Assembly: GCA_036497465.1 (NCBI GenBank)
Contig: DASXJJ010000061.1
Coordinates: forward strand, 11,534-75,533
Length of the DNA: 64,000 bases
Reading direction: 5' to 3'
Origin: Pseudonocardia sp.
GTDB lineage: Bacteria; Actinomycetota; Actinomycetes; Mycobacteriales; Pseudonocardiaceae
The notes beneath the pieces were generated by a model, which saw only the letters and a program-made list of their open reading frames with translations, did no database searches and had not been told where the DNA came from. A program made the translations under genes and the position numbers. Below, one piece after another: positions 30,416 to 40,666 of this stretch (positions are counted from its first letter, which is position 1; the number at the start of each line of letters is the position of its first letter).

Positions 30416-32266
30416 ATGCGGCCGGAGATTCTCGCGTCGACCCTCCGGGACGCGACTGCGCGAGCCCCGGTCGGTCGCCGCCCACCCAGTGACACCCCGC
30501 CGGCGGCGCCGGTTGGGGAGCTACCGCTGCTGGTTCGCCGCCGGGTGCTCGACGCGATCGTCGTCACCGCCTACGCGCTGACCTCGTTCGGCCTCTACCG
30601 CGACCTGTGGTTGGGCCTGCCGACCAGCTACCTGGTGGACTCCGGCCGCGACCAGGACCTGTTCGAGTGGTTCTTCGCGGTGCAGGCGCGCGCGCTCGCC
30701 CACGGCGACCTGGTGCTCTACTCCGACCTGCAGAACCACCCCGGCGGGGTCAACCTGATGGGCAACACGGCCATGCCCGGGCTGGCCCTGCCGCTGGCCC
30801 CGGTGACCTGGCTGTTCGGCCCGACCGCCACCTGGGCGGTGGTGCTCACCCTCGGCCTGGCCGGCACCGCCACCGGCTGGTACTGGCTGTTCTCCCGGCA
30901 CCTGGTGCGCTCGCCGTGGGCGGCGGCCGTGGGCGGCGCCACCTGCGCCTTCGCCCCGCCGGTGATCTCGCACGCGCACGCGCACCCCAACTTCACCGCG
31001 ATGTTCCTGCTGCCGGTGATCGTCATCTGGCTGCTGCGGCTGACCCGGGCACCGAGCCCCCGGACCGCCGTGCGGGACGGGCTGGTGCTGGGCCTGCTGG
31101 TCGGCTGGCAGGTGCTGATCGGCGAGGAGCCGCTGCTCATCCTGGCCACCGGCCTGGCGGTGTACCTACTGGTCTGGGCCGTGCTGCGGCCGTCGGCGAT
31201 GCTGGCCGGTGCCCGCGCCGCGCTGCCCGGGCTCGGCGCGGGCGTGGCCGTGACCGCGCTGCTGGTCGGTTACCCGCTGTGGGTGCAGTTCACCGGGCCG
31301 GCGAGCTACCACGCGCTGCGGCACGGCCCGGCCGGCAACGACCTGGCCTCCCTCGGCGCGCTGCCCCGCCAGTCGGTGGGCGGGCAGCTGCTGCACCCCG
31401 GGCAGGCCGTCGACAACCCCACCGAGCAGAACGCCTTCCTCGGCTGGCCGCTGCTGGTACTGCTGGCGGTGGTGATCGTCTGGCTGTGGCGGGAGCTGCC
31501 GGCCCGGCTGGCATCGATCACCGGGCTGCTCACGCTGGCGCTGTCCCTGGGAAGCCCGGTGTTCGCCGACGCGCGCAGCACCGGGATCCCCGGGCCGTGG
31601 TGGCTGCTGCACCGGCTGCCACTGTACGAGTCGCTGATCGAGGCCCGGCTGACGTTCGCCTGCGTACCGGCCATGGGCATGCTGCTCGCGCTGGCCTGCG
31701 ACCGGGTGCTGCGGCGGCGGCCTCGGGTGCTGCTCGGCCCGCTCACCTCGCGGCGGCTGTGGTTCGCGTCGCTGGCGCTGGCGGTGCTGCCCGTGCTGCC
31801 GGTGCGGTTCGCCGTCCAGCCCCGGCTACCCACCCCGGCGTACTTCACCGACGGCCAGTGGAGCCACGACGTCCGCCCCGGCCGGGCGATCGTGCCCGTG
31901 CCGCTGCCCGGGGTCGACGACGCCCGCGCGCTGCACTGGCAGGTGGCCACCGGGTTCGGCTTCCCGATCGCGGAGGGCTACTTCGTGGGCCCGGCCGGCC
32001 CCCGCCACGAAGGTACCTACGGGGCGGAGCACCGGCCCACCTCGCAGCTGCTGGCCGGGGTCGCGGCCACCGGCGTGGTGCCCCCGGTCGGCCCCGCCCA
32101 GCGCACCAACGCCGTGACCGACCTGCGCTACTGGCGGGCCGACGCGGTGGTGCTCGCCGACCACCCGCGCCGGGACGCGCTGCGGGCCACGGTGGAGGCG
32201 CTGCTCGGCCCCGGTCAGGAACGCGGCGGCGTGGAGGTCTGGGACGTGCGCGGGCTGGTGGGCTGA
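30416..32266 (+). CDS. Polytopic membrane glycosyltransferase-like (GT-C-like) protein
   Basis: DQ.LFEW, P.GVNLM.NT, about 10 TM segments, EE motif, EQNAF.GWP; start uncertain. Confidence 0.75.
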   Translation: MRPEILASTLRDATARAPVGRRPPSDTPPAAPVGELPLLVRRRVLDAIVVTAYALTSFGLYRDLWLGLPTSYLVDSGRDQDLFEWFFAVQARALAHGDLVLYSDLQNHPGGVNLMGNTAMPGLALPLAPVTWLFGPTATWAVVLTLGLAGTATGWYWLFSRHLVRSPWAAAVGGATCAFAPPVISHAHAHPNFTAMFLLPVIVIWLLRLTRAPSPRTAVRDGLVLGLLVGWQVLIGEEPLLILATGLAVYLLVWAVLRPSAMLAGARAALPGLGAGVAVTALLVGYPLWVQFTGPASYHALRHGPAGNDLASLGALPRQSVGGQLLHPGQAVDNPTEQNAFLGWPLLVLLAVVIVWLWRELPARLASITGLLTLALSLGSPVFADARSTGIPGPWWLLHRLPLYESLIEARLTFACVPAMGMLLALACDRVLRRRPRVLLGPLTSRRLWFASLALAVLPVLPVRFAVQPRLPTPAYFTDGQWSHDVRPGRAIVPVPLPGVDDARALHWQVATGFGFPIAEGYFVGPAGPRHEGTYGAEHRPTSQLLAGVAATGVVPPVGPAQRTNAVTDLRYWRADAVVLADHPRRDALRATVEALLGPGQERGGVEVWDVRGLVG

Positions 32267-33066
32267 GCGGGCCCGTCCGGCCGAGGGTCGGCCCCCGCCG
32301 AGGGCTCCAGGCGCGGCAGCACGGCGAGCACCGTGACCGCCAGTGCCAGCCACGCCCCGCCGAGCAGCCAGCCGGTGAGCACGTCGGTCACCCAGTGCGC
32401 GGCCAGGTACACCCGGCTCACCCCGATCAGCAGTGCCAGCGCGAGCGCGGACAGGACGACGCCGGCCCGCGCCACCGCGGAGCGCAGCAGCGGGTAGGCG
32501 GCCGCGGCGGCCAGCCCGAGCACCACGGTGGAGCCCAGCGCGTGCCCGGACGGCAGCGAGTGCCCGTGGTAGTGGATGACCTGCAGCGACGGCGGCGGAC
32601 GATGCCGCCCGTAGAGCTCCTTGAACCCCCGCACCAGCAGCCCGGCGCCGGCCGCGGCCGCGACCACCACGACCGCCCGCCGACGGTCGCCGAGGTAGAG
32701 CAGCACGCCGGCCGTCACCACGGTGAGCACGGTCATCGCCACGGTGCCCCCGATCAGCGCGAGCACCACGGCCAGCCCGGTGGCCACCTCCTCGCGGTGC
32801 GCCACCGACCAGTCCAGCGCGGGCGGGTCCAGCCCGGCCACCCAGGCCCCGGGAGCGCCCAGCCGACCGGCCAGGCTCAGCACCACCGAGGCCTGCGCCA
32901 CCAGCAGCACCGCACACACCGACGCGCCCAGCCCGACCCGGCGCCGGCTGGCCGGCTCGCGCCGCCCCACCCGGCGCACCAGCCAGCCCAGCACGGCCGC
33001 CGCGATCACCGCGACCAACGCCAGCAGGGTCATCGCGAAGGCCGGACCGGTGGAGCTCAGCACCAC
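32215..33066 (-). CDS. PAP2-family phosphatase
   Basis: K...GR.RP, PSGH, SRVYL.AHW.TDV..G. Confidence 0.92.
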   Translation of the reverse strand: MVLSSTGPAFAMTLLALVAVIAAAVLGWLVRRVGRREPASRRRVGLGASVCAVLLVAQASVVLSLAGRLGAPGAWVAGLDPPALDWSVAHREEVATGLAVVLALIGGTVAMTVLTVVTAGVLLYLGDRRRAVVVVAAAAGAGLLVRGFKELYGRHRPPPSLQVIHYHGHSLPSGHALGSTVVLGLAAAAAYPLLRSAVARAGVVLSALALALLIGVSRVYLAAHWVTDVLTGWLLGGAWLALAVTVLAVLPRLEPSAGADPRPDGPAQPTSPRTSQTSTPPRS

Positions 33067-33105
33067 ATCACGTTACCGAGGCGCGGCGGAGCGGGCCGGC
33101 GGCTC

Positions 33106-33960
33106 TCAGCCGAGACCGATGGTGATCCGGGGCCGCTGCGCCGGGTCCAGCCAGCGCAGCAGGGCGAGCTGGGTCGCGCGCGGCACCTCCACGCAGCCCT
33201 GCGAGGCCGCGCCCGCGTCCACGTGCACGAAGAACGCGGAGCCGGCGCCCTTGCGAACCGGCCCGGTGTTGTAGCCGATCACCAGCGCGTAGTCGTAGCT
33301 GGCGCCCGCCTGGCCCAGGTTCTCCCCCGCGCTCTCGTCGAACCCGCAGCTTCCGGGCGTGCAGTGCCGGTAGGTGTTGTAGGCGGGGCTGCGCGGGTCG
33401 CTGACCCACCAGTCGCTGGTGCCGACCTTGCGGTACGGCATTCGGGTCCCCGGGTTCGGCTGGCGGCCGAACGCCGAGGGCAGCGCGAACGTGCCGCGCG
33501 GCGTGCGGTTCACCCGCTCGCTGGCCGTCCCGACACCGTCGGTGCCGACGCGGACCCGCACCGGACCGACCGCGCCGGCCCACCGCCCGTCCGCCCCGCG
33601 TTTCCACCCGCGCAGCTCACCGGACCCACTCGACGCCGAGGGCGTCAGCACGGTGACCAGCTGGTTGGTCCCGGCCGGAGGGGCGGCCACGCCGGCCGGC
33701 AGCCCGGTCGAGGCCGTCTTCGCGTCCGGCGCGGCGGGGCTCGCCGGGCCGGCCGGGGCGGCGCCGGGGCTCACACCGGGGGCCGCGGGAGTCGCGCCGG
33801 GAGCCGCGCGGGCGGCGGCCGGCGGGGCGGCCAGCGCCGCGGGGTCGACCCGAGGCGCGACGGCGGCCGGGCCGGTCGGCGCCGGGGTTGCGCACCCGCC
33901 GAGTCCCAGCGCCGCCACCACCGCCAGGCCGACCGCGAACCGCGAGCTGATCCGTGCCAT
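33106..33960 (-). CDS. L,D-transpeptidase-family lipoprotein
   Basis: LGGC lipobox, TP.GTF, GSAFFVH....ASQGCV. Confidence 0.85.
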   Translation of the reverse strand: MARISSRFAVGLAVVAALGLGGCATPAPTGPAAVAPRVDPAALAAPPAAARAAPGATPAAPGVSPGAAPAGPASPAAPDAKTASTGLPAGVAAPPAGTNQLVTVLTPSASSGSGELRGWKRGADGRWAGAVGPVRVRVGTDGVGTASERVNRTPRGTFALPSAFGRQPNPGTRMPYRKVGTSDWWVSDPRSPAYNTYRHCTPGSCGFDESAGENLGQAGASYDYALVIGYNTGPVRKGAGSAFFVHVDAGAASQGCVEVPRATQLALLRWLDPAQRPRITIGLG

Positions 33961-34261
33961 CCCGATCAGTCTGCCAAGACCGGCGCGCCCGCCCCTGGCC
34001 GGTCCGGCCCCCGTCGCCGGGCGCGACGCAGGACGCGTCCGACGGCGTCCCGGGACGGCCCGGCGCTGTCGCCGGACGCAACCTGGCGCACTCCCGACCC
34101 GGCCCGATGCGGCCGACGGCAATCCGCGCACCGCCCGGCGCCCGTGGGGACGACGGCACCCGGGAGGACGGCCCGGCGCCCTGCGGCGAGGCCGGTGGAC
34201 CGGCGGGATCGGGCCGAAGTGGCCCGCCCGCTCCGGCGCCGACCGGCCTAGCGTCACCGCT

Positions 34262-35110
34262 ATGCGGATCTTCCTCGCCGGTGCGACCGGGGCCGTCGGC
34301 CGCCCGCTCGTGCCGATGCTGCTGGCGGCCGGCCACCGGGTCATCGGAACCTCGCGGACCGACCGGGGGGTGACCGACGTACGCGCCCTCGGTGCGGAGC
34401 CCGTCCGGCTGGACGTGTTCGACGCGGACGCGCTGCGGGATGCGGTCCGCGCGGCGGCCCCCGACCTGGTGATGCACCAGCTCACGGCCCTCGGCGACGG
34501 CGACCTGGCAGCCAACGCGCGGATCCGCCGGGTCGGGACCCGCGCGCTGGTCGACGCCGCGCACGCGGCCGGGGTGCGCCGGATCGTCGCGCAGTCGATC
34601 AGCTGGGCGTACGCGCCCGGGGACACCCCGGCCGACGAGGCCACCCCGCTGGACCCGACCGAGGCGGCGCCCCGAGCGGGCTCGGTGGCCGGGGTCCGGG
34701 CGCTGGAGGACGCGGTCGGCGAGCTGGAACGGGCGGTCGTGCTGCGCTACGGCACGCTGTACGGACCGGGCACCTGGTACGCCCCGCACGCGCGGGTGGC
34801 CGGCCAGCTGAGCGCCGGTGAGCTGCTCGCCGACGACGCCGTCAGCTCGCTGCTGCACGTCGAGGACGCCGCCCGCGCCGCCGTGGCCGCGCTGGACTGG
34901 CCGGCCGGCCCGGTGAACGTCTGCGACGACGAGCCCGCCGCCGCCCGCGAGTGGTTGCCCGCGCTGGCCGCCGCGCTCGGCGAGCGCCCGCCGCCGCTCG
35001 CCCCCGGCCGGGCCGGCTGGCAGCGCGGCGCGAGCAACGCGCTGGCCGCCCGGCTGGGGTGGAAACCCCGCTACTCCTCGTGGCGGGACGGGTTCGGGTC
35101 GCTGAGCTGA
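34262..35110 (+). CDS. NAD-dependent epimerase/dehydratase
   Basis: [27 protein letters not shown]. Confidence 0.92.
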   Translation: MRIFLAGATGAVGRPLVPMLLAAGHRVIGTSRTDRGVTDVRALGAEPVRLDVFDADALRDAVRAAAPDLVMHQLTALGDGDLAANARIRRVGTRALVDAAHAAGVRRIVAQSISWAYAPGDTPADEATPLDPTEAAPRAGSVAGVRALEDAVGELERAVVLRYGTLYGPGTWYAPHARVAGQLSAGELLADDAVSSLLHVEDAARAAVAALDWPAGPVNVCDDEPAAAREWLPALAAALGERPPPLAPGRAGWQRGASNALAARLGWKPRYSSWRDGFGSLS

Positions 35111-35177
35111 TCGGTCGGGAGCAGACTGGCCAGCCGAACGTGAGCTGACGCACCGAGGACGCTGGAGGCCAGCAGCG

Positions 35178-36881
35178 ATGTCCGCATCGACCCCGCCCAC
35201 CACCACCGAACACGACCTGAAGCCGCGCAGCCGTGAGGTGACCGACGGGCTGGAACGCACCGCTGCCCGGGGCATGCTGCGCGCGGTCGGCATGCGGGAC
35301 GACGACTTCGCCAAACCGCAGATCGGCATCGCGTCCAGCTGGAACGAGATCACCCCGTGCAACCTGTCGTTGCAGCGGCTGGGCCTTGCGGCCAAGGAGG
35401 GCGTGCACTCCGCCGGCGGGTTCCCGATGGAGTTCGGCACCATCTCGGTCTCCGACGGCATCTCCATGGGGCACGTCGGGATGCACTACTCGCTGGTCAG
35501 CCGGGAGATCATCGCCGATTCGGTGGAGACCGTGGTGCAGGCGGAACGCCTGGACGGCACGGTGCTGCTGGCCGGCTGCGACAAGAGCCTGCCCGGCATG
35601 CTGATGGCGGCCGCCCGGCTCGACCTGGCGTCGGTGTTCGTCTACGCGGGCTCGATCATGCCCGGCCATGTGAACGGCCGGGAGGTGAACATCAGCGATG
35701 CCTTCGAGGCGGTCGGCGCCTGCCTGCGGGGGAAGATCACCCGCGAGGAGCTGACCGAGATCGAGCGGGCCATCTGCCCCGGCGAGGGTGCCTGCGGCGG
35801 GATGTACACCGCGAACACCATGGCCTCCGCGGCCGAGGCGCTGGGCATGGCGCTGCCGGGGTCGGCCAGCCCGCCCGCGGTGGACCGGCGCCGCGACGGG
35901 TCGGCCCGCGCCTCGGGCGAGGCGGTCGTGAACCTGCTCGCCCTCGGGATCACCGCGCGGCAGATCCTGACCAAGCAGGCGTTCGAGAACGCGATCGCGG
36001 TGGTGATGGCGTTCGGCGGGTCGACCAACGCCGTGCTGCACCTGCTGGCGATCGCGAGGGAGGCCGAGGTCGACCTGACCCTGGACGACTTCAACCGGGT
36101 CGGCGACCGGGTGCCGCACCTGGCCGACGTGAAGCCGTTCGGCAGCTACGTGATGGCCAGCGTGGACCAGGTCGGCGGGGTGCCGGTGGTGATGCGCGCG
36201 CTGCTCGACGCCGGGGTGCTGCACGGCGACGCGCTGACCGTCACCGGGCGCACCGTGGCGGAGAACCTGGCCGAGCTGGACCCGCCCGACCTGGACGGCA
36301 CGATCGTGCACGCGATGGACAACCCGATCCACCCCACCGGCGGGCTGACCGTGCTGCGTGGCTCGCTGTCCCCGGACGGTGCGGTGGTGAAGAGCGCGGG
36401 CTTCGACTCGGCGGTGTTCACCGGGCGCGCGCGGGTGTTCGACCGGGAGCAGGGCGCGCTGGACGCGGTCGCCGACGGCACCGTGGTGGCCGGCGACGTG
36501 GTGGTGATCCGCTACGAGGGACCGCGCGGTGGGCCGGGCATGCGGGAGATGCTCGCGGTCACCGGGATGATCAAGGGAGCCGGCCTGGGCAAGGACGTCC
36601 TGCTGATCACCGACGGGCGTTTCTCCGGTGCCACCACCGGGCTGTGCATCGGGCACATCGCCCCGGAGGCCACCGACGGCGGGCCGATCGCGCTGGTCCG
36701 GGACGGCGACGCGATCACCCTCGACATGGCGGCGCGGGAGCTGAACCTGGAGGTCCCAGCCGACGAGCTGGAGCGCCGCCGCGCGGACTGGACGCCGCTG
36801 CCCCCGGCCATCCGCACCGGGGTGCTGGGCAAGTACGCGAAGCTGGTCGGCTCCGCCGCCGAGGGCGCCATCTGCGGCTGA
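35178..36881 (+). CDS. ilvD: Dihydroxy-acid dehydratase
   Basis: [48 protein letters not shown]. Confidence 0.97.
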   Translation: MSASTPPTTTEHDLKPRSREVTDGLERTAARGMLRAVGMRDDDFAKPQIGIASSWNEITPCNLSLQRLGLAAKEGVHSAGGFPMEFGTISVSDGISMGHVGMHYSLVSREIIADSVETVVQAERLDGTVLLAGCDKSLPGMLMAAARLDLASVFVYAGSIMPGHVNGREVNISDAFEAVGACLRGKITREELTEIERAICPGEGACGGMYTANTMASAAEALGMALPGSASPPAVDRRRDGSARASGEAVVNLLALGITARQILTKQAFENAIAVVMAFGGSTNAVLHLLAIAREAEVDLTLDDFNRVGDRVPHLADVKPFGSYVMASVDQVGGVPVVMRALLDAGVLHGDALTVTGRTVAENLAELDPPDLDGTIVHAMDNPIHPTGGLTVLRGSLSPDGAVVKSAGFDSAVFTGRARVFDREQGALDAVADGTVVAGDVVVIRYEGPRGGPGMREMLAVTGMIKGAGLGKDVLLITDGRFSGATTGLCIGHIAPEATDGGPIALVRDGDAITLDMAARELNLEVPADELERRRADWTPLPPAIRTGVLGKYAKLVGSAAEGAICG

Positions 36882-36944
36882 CCGCCGTCCCGGGTCACCG
36901 CCGTCCCGGGTCACCGCCGTCCCGGGTGACCGCCGTCCCGGGTG
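36881..36944 (+). repeat. 16-bp tandem repeat x4
   Basis: ACCGCCGTCCCGGGT(C/G) starting at the ilvD stop codon. Confidence 0.92.
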
Positions 36945-37257
36945 ACCACCCGCGCCGTCGACGGGGTGATCGCTGTCCGGGCGGACCAACCGCGAACAGC
37001 GCGGCTCCACCGCCCGAGACGGCGATCACCCCCAACCCGCGGCCCCGACCCACCACGTCAGCACCCGTCACGACGCACACCGGGTCGCCACACACCGGGT
37101 CACCACACGTACCGCAACGCACGGGGCCGGCGCGGGACCGGCCGGTAAGCGGCCGAGAGCCCAGCCGGGTACCGCGGGGCGGTGGTCGGCTGGGCTCCCG
37201 GGCGGTGCTCGGCTGGGCTCGGGCGTGTGGCCGGCTCGGCGTGCGGGGGTCAGCGGG

Positions 37258-38940
37258 TCACGGGCCGCCGCCGATGCTCGGACCGATGTATCCGGTGCGC
37301 GAGGTGGAGTCCATGCCGACCTCGTAGCCGATTCCGGAGGCGAGCTTGTTGCCGCTGACCTTCGCCCCCGTCGAGCCGATGTCGAACGCGAAGGCCTTCT
37401 CCACCTTGCCGCTGATGCTGTTGTTCTTGACGATCATGTTCTTGACGTCCTCGATCATCAGCGCCTGGCTGGCGTTCGCCTGACAGGTGTTGTCCGCGAA
37501 GGTGATGTTCGAGGTGGTGCCCTTGCCGTCGCCCTCGCCGTCGTTCGGCCCCTCGGCGATCAGGCACTGGTTGTCGATCCGCAGGCACTTGTTGCCGATG
37601 ATCTGCACGTTCTTGCTGGCGGGGGTGTCGCTGGCGAAGGTCTGCATGCAGTCGGCGTGCGCCCCGCTGCCGTCCGGGCTGATGTCGGTGATCGTGTTGT
37701 TCAGGATCTTCAGGTTGTTGCCGAAGAACCGCAACCCGTCGTAGTCGCCGCCGGTCGGGTGCTTCACCGTGTTGTTCTGGACGGTGATGTTGTTGCCGGT
37801 CAGCTCGATCCCCGGGGCCTTGGCGCCGGTCGAGCTGAAGCCGCTCACCACGACGTTGCTGCCCTCGACGGTGATCCCCTTGACCGAGGTGCCGTTGCCG
37901 ACCACGGTGATCGGGTTCGCGGCCGTGCCGGACTTGGAGATGGTCAGCCGGCTGCTACCCATGTTGCCGGTGGCGCAGATCTTCTGTCCGGCCTGGGCGG
38001 AGGACAGCGCCTGCTGCAGGCCGGCCCCGTCGGTGACCCGCTTGGTGCAGTTGACCAGCGAGATCGCCCCGGAGCCCCCGTCGGCGTTCGCGGCGGCCGC
38101 CGCCTTGCGCCTGGCCTGCGCGGCGGCGTCCTTCTTGCGCTGCTGCTCCAGCTCGTCGGCCGACGGGCCGGGCGGCTGGGCGGGCAGCGGCGGCAGGATG
38201 TCCGGCGGCGCCGGCGCCGGGGCGGCCTGGTTGCTGGTGCCGTCCGGGGTGTCGAGGCCGGTCCGGCCGGCACGCACCAGTGCGGTGCCGCCGACGACGA
38301 GGCCGGCCACGGCGACCACGACGACGCCGATGGTCATCCCGCGGGAACGGCCGGCGAACCCGGTGAGCCGGGTGAGCCGGGTGAGCCGGGTGAGCCGGGT
38401 GAGCACGGTAGGGCCGGTGTCGAGCCGGTGTCCCCGCCGGGCGGCGCGCTCGTCCGGCCGGCCGAGCTCGGCGTTCACCACCCGGGTGATGAAGTCCGAG
38501 TCGTCGTCCTCGTAGGCCGGCTCGTCATACCCGGAGTCGTACCCGGAGTCGTGCCACCCGGAGTCGCCGGGACCGTCGAAGTCGAGCCCGGGATCGGCGT
38601 TCGGGGCGGCCGCCGGGGTGGCGCTGCGCCGGGGCACGCCCTGCAGCCGGGAGGTGGGCTCGGCGCCCAGGCCAGGGCGCTCGATACCCGGCAACGAGCC
38701 GGTCAGCGAGCCGATGGACCGGCGATCCGAGCCGAGGGGCTGGAACAGCGAGCCGGTGATCTCGAGCGCCCGGACGTCGGAGTCGGTCGGCCGGCCGCGC
38801 GGGCCGGGGATCGGATCCTGGCGGGGCGCGGGGACGGCGGACCCGTGGGTGCCGCGCGGGCTCGGGACGGAGCCGTGCGCGTCGAGTACCGAGGTCGCCG
38901 TCGTGCCGTGACGGCCGCGGGGGGAGCGGTGCCGTGACAT
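37258..38940 (-). CDS. Membrane-anchored right-handed beta-helix (pectate-lyase-like) protein
   Basis: Disordered N-terminus, one TM, Pro linker, Asn-ladder repeats, HADCMQT. Confidence 0.85.
   Translation of the reverse strand: MSRHRSPRGRHGTTATSVLDAHGSVPSPRGTHGSAVPAPRQDPIPGPRGRPTDSDVRALEITGSLFQPLGSDRRSIGSLTGSLPGIERPGLGAEPTSRLQGVPRRSATPAAAPNADPGLDFDGPGDSGWHDSGYDSGYDEPAYEDDDSDFITRVVNAELGRPDERAARRGHRLDTGPTVLTRLTRLTRLTRLTGFAGRSRGMTIGVVVVAVAGLVVGGTALVRAGRTGLDTPDGTSNQAAPAPAPPDILPPLPAQPPGPSADELEQQRKKDAAAQARRKAAAAANADGGSGAISLVNCTKRVTDGAGLQQALSSAQAGQKICATGNMGSSRLTISKSGTAANPITVVGNGTSVKGITVEGSNVVVSGFSSTGAKAPGIELTGNNITVQNNTVKHPTGGDYDGLRFFGNNLKILNNTITDISPDGSGAHADCMQTFASDTPASKNVQIIGNKCLRIDNQCLIAEGPNDGEGDGKGTTSNITFADNTCQANASQALMIEDVKNMIVKNNSISGKVEKAFAFDIGSTGAKVSGNKLASGIGYEVGMDSTSRTGYIGPSIGGGP
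38362..38404 (-). repeat. In-frame 9-bp tandem repeat (LTR)n
   Basis: GGTGAGCCG x about 5. Confidence 0.85.
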
Positions 38941-39278
38941 GTCCTACCTTCCGGACTCTCAGTGACCGGGGACGGACTCCGATGATCGGGGCATCGGCGG
39001 ACTGGGGATCCGCGTCCGTTTCGTGACCTGGCCTTGACTGGTCCGAGAGAAACGGTATCGGACGGGTGATGGCCCATGCCGCCCTCGGTTGCGGTCAGTG
39101 AGACCTCCGTACCGGTTCTCGCGCCGAGCGGCCGCAACTCGACCATCCGGCGTCGCGCCGGTACCGCTGATCGCGGACGCCCGCGCGACCGTCGCACGGC
39201 CGCCGGCGATTCGCCCCTTCGGCGGAACCTGCGCAACGTCAATGACCGCCGATCGTTGTAACCGACCGGCCGTCCGGC

Positions 39279-39737
39279 TCAGGGCACGACGGTGACCGGC
39301 CACCGGCCGGCCCGGACCAGCCGGACCGCGACCGAGCCGACCAGCCGGTGCCCGGCCTGGGTCGACGCCCCGACCACCACCGCATCGGCCCGGACCTCGT
39401 CGGCGACCTTGATGATCTCCGCGACCGGATCGCCGGAGCGGACCAGGAACTCGGCGGACACCCGGTAGGCCTCGACGGCCTCGTGCACCTCCCGGCGCAC
39501 CTCATCGGCCACCTCGGCCGCACCGAAGTCGACCGGGATGTCCGCGCCGATCCCCAGGGTCATGCCGGCCAGCGCGGGATGGCGCGCGACGAACAGGCAC
39601 AGCAGCCGGGATCCCTGCCTGCGGGCCAGGCCGGCGGCCCAGGCCCCGGCACGTACCGATGTGGTGGATCCGTCGATTGCGACCACAATGACACCGGGGC
39701 CGTCTCCGGTGCACGGGTTCGGAGTCAGGCTGGACAC
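39279..39737 (-). CDS. Universal stress protein
   Basis: VVAIDGS, GDP...I, VVVGAS, GSVA.RLV, PVTVVP. Confidence 0.93.
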   Translation of the reverse strand: MSSLTPNPCTGDGPGVIVVAIDGSTTSVRAGAWAAGLARRQGSRLLCLFVARHPALAGMTLGIGADIPVDFGAAEVADEVRREVHEAVEAYRVSAEFLVRSGDPVAEIIKVADEVRADAVVVGASTQAGHRLVGSVAVRLVRAGRWPVTVVP

Positions 39738-39783
39738 TTAGTAAGCATAACTCACTTTTATAACATGCTGATACACTGAGAAG

Positions 39784-40242
39784 GTGACCGGAACGACAGC
39801 ATCCCCCATCGACCGCCACGAGGTGGTCGACGGTCTGGAACGCCTCATCCAGCTGCTGCGCGTGCTCAGCCCGGCCGGCGAGATCAGCCTGACCACGGCG
39901 TCCACGCTGAACCGGCTGGCCACGGGTGGTCCCCGACGACTGTCCGACCTCGCCGCCTGCGAGGGGGTCACCCAGCCGGCGATGACCCAGCTGGTGTCCC
40001 GGCTGGAGCGGCAGGGCCTGGCCGAGCGCCGCGACCACGCCGACGACCGCCGGGTGGTCATGGTGCACATCACGCAGACCGGCCGGGAGCTGATCGAGCG
40101 TCGCCGCGTGCACCGGGCCACCGCGCTGGCCGCGCTGCTGGACGAGCTTCCCGCCGAGGACGAGCAGCTGATCGGCGCCGCCCTGCCCGCGCTGCGCCGG
40201 CTCACCGACCTCGGCGCTCCGCCGCAGGCCAGGGGCCGCTGA
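39784..40242 (+). CDS. MarR regulator
   Basis: LA..EGVTQPAMTQLV.RLE..GL, DRRVV.V.IT..G. Confidence 0.93.
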   Translation: MTGTTASPIDRHEVVDGLERLIQLLRVLSPAGEISLTTASTLNRLATGGPRRLSDLAACEGVTQPAMTQLVSRLERQGLAERRDHADDRRVVMVHITQTGRELIERRRVHRATALAALLDELPAEDEQLIGAALPALRRLTDLGAPPQARGR

Positions 40243-40263
40243 ACCGAGGGACGGCGAGCCGGG

Positions 40264-40590
40264 TCAGCCGGTGACGGTGCCCCGCGCCGGGTCGGACAGC
40301 CGGCCGGTGCGCGTCGCCCACCGCTCGAACACCACCGTCCCGAACGGCGGGATGCTGACCAGCAGCGCCATCACACCGACCGCCCGCGACCAGCCCTCGG
40401 TGCGCCACGCGGTGACGGCGGCGGCGAGGTAGGCCAGGAACAGCACGCCGTGGATCGGGCCGAAGACGTGCACGCCGATCTCGTCGTGCACCACCAGGTA
40501 CTTGAACGCCATCCCGATCAGCAGCCCGGTCCAGGAGATCGCCTCGGCGACCGCCGCGAGCCGGAACCACCACGCAGCCGAGTTCCGCAT
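40264..40590 (-). CDS. DUF3817 membrane protein
   Basis: FR..AVAEA.SW..LL, GPIHG.LF..Y, SIPPFGT. Confidence 0.88.
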   Translation of the reverse strand: MRNSAAWWFRLAAVAEAISWTGLLIGMAFKYLVVHDEIGVHVFGPIHGVLFLAYLAAAVTAWRTEGWSRAVGVMALLVSIPPFGTVVFERWATRTGRLSDPARGTVTG

Positions 40591-40666
40591 GCCGCCACTC
40601 TGCCCGGCACCGCGGCGCCCACGCCGGGGAGGGTGCCCGGGATCTCACCGGACACCCTCCCCAGGC

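Noticed and set aside
30607..34251. Very long ORFs such as 30607-34251, 51688-55083, 54006-56966 and 8201-10561
   Set aside because: Arg/Gly/Pro-rich off-frame or antisense shadows of real genes, typical of high-GC DNA
39738..39783. MarR operator in the AT-rich usp/marR gap
   Set aside because: Only a weak AGCAT..ATGCT dyad, insufficient to call
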